Shown: positions 60,846 to 64,000 of the stretch, piece after piece
How positions within the stretch are numbered: position 1 is the first letter of the stretch
Layout of the letters: the number at the start of each line of letters is the position of its first letter
Assembly (NCBI GenBank): GCA_043228905.1
Contig: JBHGNT010000001.1
Span: 186,001-250,000 of the forward strand
Reading direction: 5' to 3'
DNA: 64,000 nucleotides
Source of the DNA: Azolla caroliniana
Taxonomy: Eukaryota > Plantae > Polypodiophyta
Made by a program: the position numbers and the translations under genes
The notes under the pieces: model-generated
The model's database searches: none
What the model saw: only the letters and a program-made list of their open reading frames with translations
Told to the model about the DNA's origin: nothing

Positions 60846-61070
60846 TCTGTATTTGACAGTTGCAATAATTCAGAGAACCCGATGTTTAAACTCTTTAAAG
60901 CCTGGAGGCCTATATCAGAGTGCTCGTCAGTCAAATGTTGGGAACAATAGCATTTTCCTGTCAGCAATCCAAGGAGAATTTCTTGAAAAGGTGAATTATC
61001 GAGTTCACCATGTTGAACGAGTAATCAGCAGGTGCGACCTGCAAGTTAATGGCAATGACGAATGCCTCGA

Positions 61071-61693
61071 ATTTGGTAGAAACTACAAATAGTGATGAAG
61101 AAAACGTGCATGAATTAGTATTAAACTCATTATTTTATAATGACAAAAAATATAATACATACATCAAGCTATGCACACCATAAGACTAAATAAAATGTGT
61201 GAAGATAATACGGATAGGCTGGCCATTTTGGTAGAAACTACAAACAGTGATGAAGAAAACGTGCATGAATTAGTATTAAACTCATTATTTTATAATGACA
61301 AAAAATATAATACATACATCAAGCTATGCACACCATAAGACTAAATAAAATGTGTGAAGGGAATACGGATAGGCTGGCCATTTTGGTAGAAACTACAAAT
61401 AGTGCTGAAGAAAACGTGCATGAATTAGTATTAAACTCATTATTTTATAATGACAAAAAATATAATACATACATCAAGCTATGCACACCATAAGACTAAA
61501 TAAAATGTGTGAAGGGAATACGGATAGGCTGGCCATTTTGGTAGAAACTACAAATAGTGCTGAAGAAAACGTGCATGAATTAGTATTAAACTCATTATTT
61601 TATAATGACAAAAAATATAATACATACATCAAGCTATGCACACCATAAGACTAAATAAAATGTGTGAAGGGAATACGGATAGGCTGGCCATTT
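61071..61693. repeat. 155-bp tandem repeat, 4 copies
   Basis: GGTAGAAACTACAAA at 61075, 61230, 61385 and 61540; units nearly identical. Confidence 0.95.
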
Positions 61694-62399
61694 AGTATCA
61701 TGCAGGGAGATCTGATACAAAGAAGCAGATAGTATATCAGGAAAATCGGCCGTTAAACAGGAGATGTATGATAAAAAAAATAACAATATATGTAAATGAT
61801 AACTGCACGAAAACAAGAAAATGAATGTGTACTAAAGGAAAGGCTGCAAACCTGAGACTTGTTCATAAAGACAAAGAATGCGTACTGGAAGGCAGTACCG
61901 AAAATTTGAAGGTATAAAATCAAATGATCATACACAGAGGGGTTATAGACAAGTGATTGTATGAAGGAGATGTTGTTCAAAACCACGAGTGAATACCAGA
62001 ACCTGTACTCACAGAAACCTAAAGACCAATAAGCGAACGAGGAAAAGAAGTAAAAATGGAAGACTTCAGATTGAAAATGAAGACTGCAGTTTAATACTGA
62101 AGATCTAAGATAATATCAGAAATCTGCAGACACAGAAGAAGCATGAAGCGTGGCCAAAACGATGAAAGAAATGAAGATATACATGGGCAGAAAACTGGAG
62201 AGAAAGTAAACGCGTATGGCGTAGGAAAATATGTTAAGATGAGGATTTAAGATTAGAGAATGCTACATAACCAGAGACATTTCGCTTACGCAGCAATATA
62301 AGAAGAAGCGAGGGTGGTGTGTGAAGAAGGTAAGTATGTAACACGAACTGTTAAAATGATGATTTTGGCGGTGCAGGTTATGGAGCTATTATTATATTC

Positions 62400-63600
62400 A
62401 CAACGATTCTTTCTTTCTTTCTTTCCATCTTTTTTCTTCTCCTCCGGGCTCTTCCTTCCTCTCTTTCTTTTTTTATCTTCTTCTTCTTCTTTTATTGTCC
62501 TTCTTCTTCTTGTTGTTGTTGTTTCTTCTTCTTCTTCTTCTTCTTCTTCTTCTTCTTGAAGCTGCTTGTTGCTTCTTCTGTTTCTGCTGATCTTCTAACT
62601 TAGAGAGTGCCTGCCTGCCTCTCTCTATTCGTCCTTCTTTTCTGATACTGGGCGTTCCTTCTGTTACTTCTACCTTTGCATCGATCGTCTTTTATATATA
62701 TGTATATGTATATATATCATCACCATTATCGTCATCGTCATCGTATCCTCTCTATTATTACGTCGACGTCATCAACGTCTACTTCTGCTTCTACTTCCCT
62801 CGTACACACGTACATACATACATACATACATACATATACTGTATACATATACATACATACAGTATGTATGTATATGTATATTGCGTGTGTTTCTTTAATT
62901 TCTTCTTTCTGGTGCGCCTGCTGTCGTCTGTGTGTGTGTTGTGTGTGTGTGTGTGTGTCTGCGACTGAGTGAGATCAGAGTTCAGAGTGAGTTGAGTACA
63001 TACTGTCGACTCTCGACTGTGTGTGTGTGTGTGTGTGTGTGTTTTGTGGGCTGGAGGAGGGGATGCGCACTGCTCTCTCTCTCTCTCTCTGTCTCTCTCT
63101 GTGTCTGTGTCTGTGTCTGTGTCTGTGTGTGTCTGCCTTTTTCCTGAGTTACATACATACTACATATAAGTCCTGCGGCCGGCCTGAGTAGTCGGCTACA
63201 ACAAACACCACCAAAGTAACAAAACAAAGCAAGCAAAAAGTAATGCGAATGAGTCTATATAATATAAAAAAGTCTCTTGAAAAAATATACATACACTGTA
63301 CATTAGAGTATGTACATACATCCATACATACATACATACATGGAGGAGGAGTGAAATACATATGTACTACATACATGGAGCTCCTCCCCCCCCACACACA
63401 AACAAACTCAATAATAGCTCATTGCCTCCCTCCCTCCCTCTTCTCTGTGCCTCTCCCCTCTTTCACTACACACACACACACACGTGCTCGCCTGCTTCAC
63501 AACAAATTTGGTTTGGTAAATAAGAGAAGAGTGTAGTACGTACATACACACGTATTGATATACATATGTACACACACATATATATATATATATAAGAGAA
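62400..63600 (-). promoter_or_regulatory. Microsatellite-rich probable 5' leader/promoter of the DUF21-CBS gene
   Basis: (CTT)n, (GT)n, (CT)n and (TACA)n runs like those upstream of SGR; candidate minus-strand splice donor near 62672. Confidence 0.4.
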
Positions 63601-64000
63601 GAGTGTGTTTATCGTGTGCAATGACATATACTAACTCTACCTTCAGCTATATTACATAGAGGGAAAGAGAAAGAAAGAAAAATAGAGACCCCGCTACTAG
63701 CATTTTCTCTTTAATTTGTGCTACATCCACCCATATTTGTGTGTCGCACAATTTACATCAACTCATTTGTGTAATTTCATTGTGTTGTCACCGATGTTTC
63801 ATCTCAATTTTACAAGTTACTATGTCCCGTGTTCTTTTGTGTGCATCTTACCATGTCTTATGCCCCATGTGCTTTGTTGTACATGGTGTGCATGCACAAA
63901 AGCACCGTGTGGGCACTCCCCTAGTAAGCTACACCAAGTCACCACCCACTCCACTAGTAACAATATATATGCCGAAATAAAGTTTTTTATGAGCACTCAC

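Overview
Eukaryotic land-plant nuclear DNA, probably a non-seed plant (inferred from the retrotransposon lineages). The window has two halves. Bases 1-39.2 kb are a transposon block. Its core is a four-deep nest on the minus strand: three related tRNA-Trp-primed non-chromoviral Ty3/gypsy elements (A 4415-30179 > B 5651-24346 > C 8486-21235) with an intact Tcn1-type chromovirus (10890-16554) in the centre. The block also holds a further plus-strand LTR of the same lineage, LINE remnants, an old Copia fragment and a very young Copia (31777-37119). Bases 42.4-63.5 kb are a gene block: STAY-GREEN, an ASHR1-like SET/MYND methyltransferase and a DUF21-CBS (CNNM/MGR-type) gene. The most unusual signals are: (1) tRNA-like Pol III A-box/B-box modules sitting head-to-head with the TATA box inside the LTRs of two unrelated gypsy lineages; (2) a covarying -1 frameshift pseudoknot placed after the protease and shared by A, B and C; (3) nested insertions flanked by a 276-bp duplication or a ~1.4-kb deletion instead of a target-site duplication (TSD). 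All coordinates and counts were read by eye.
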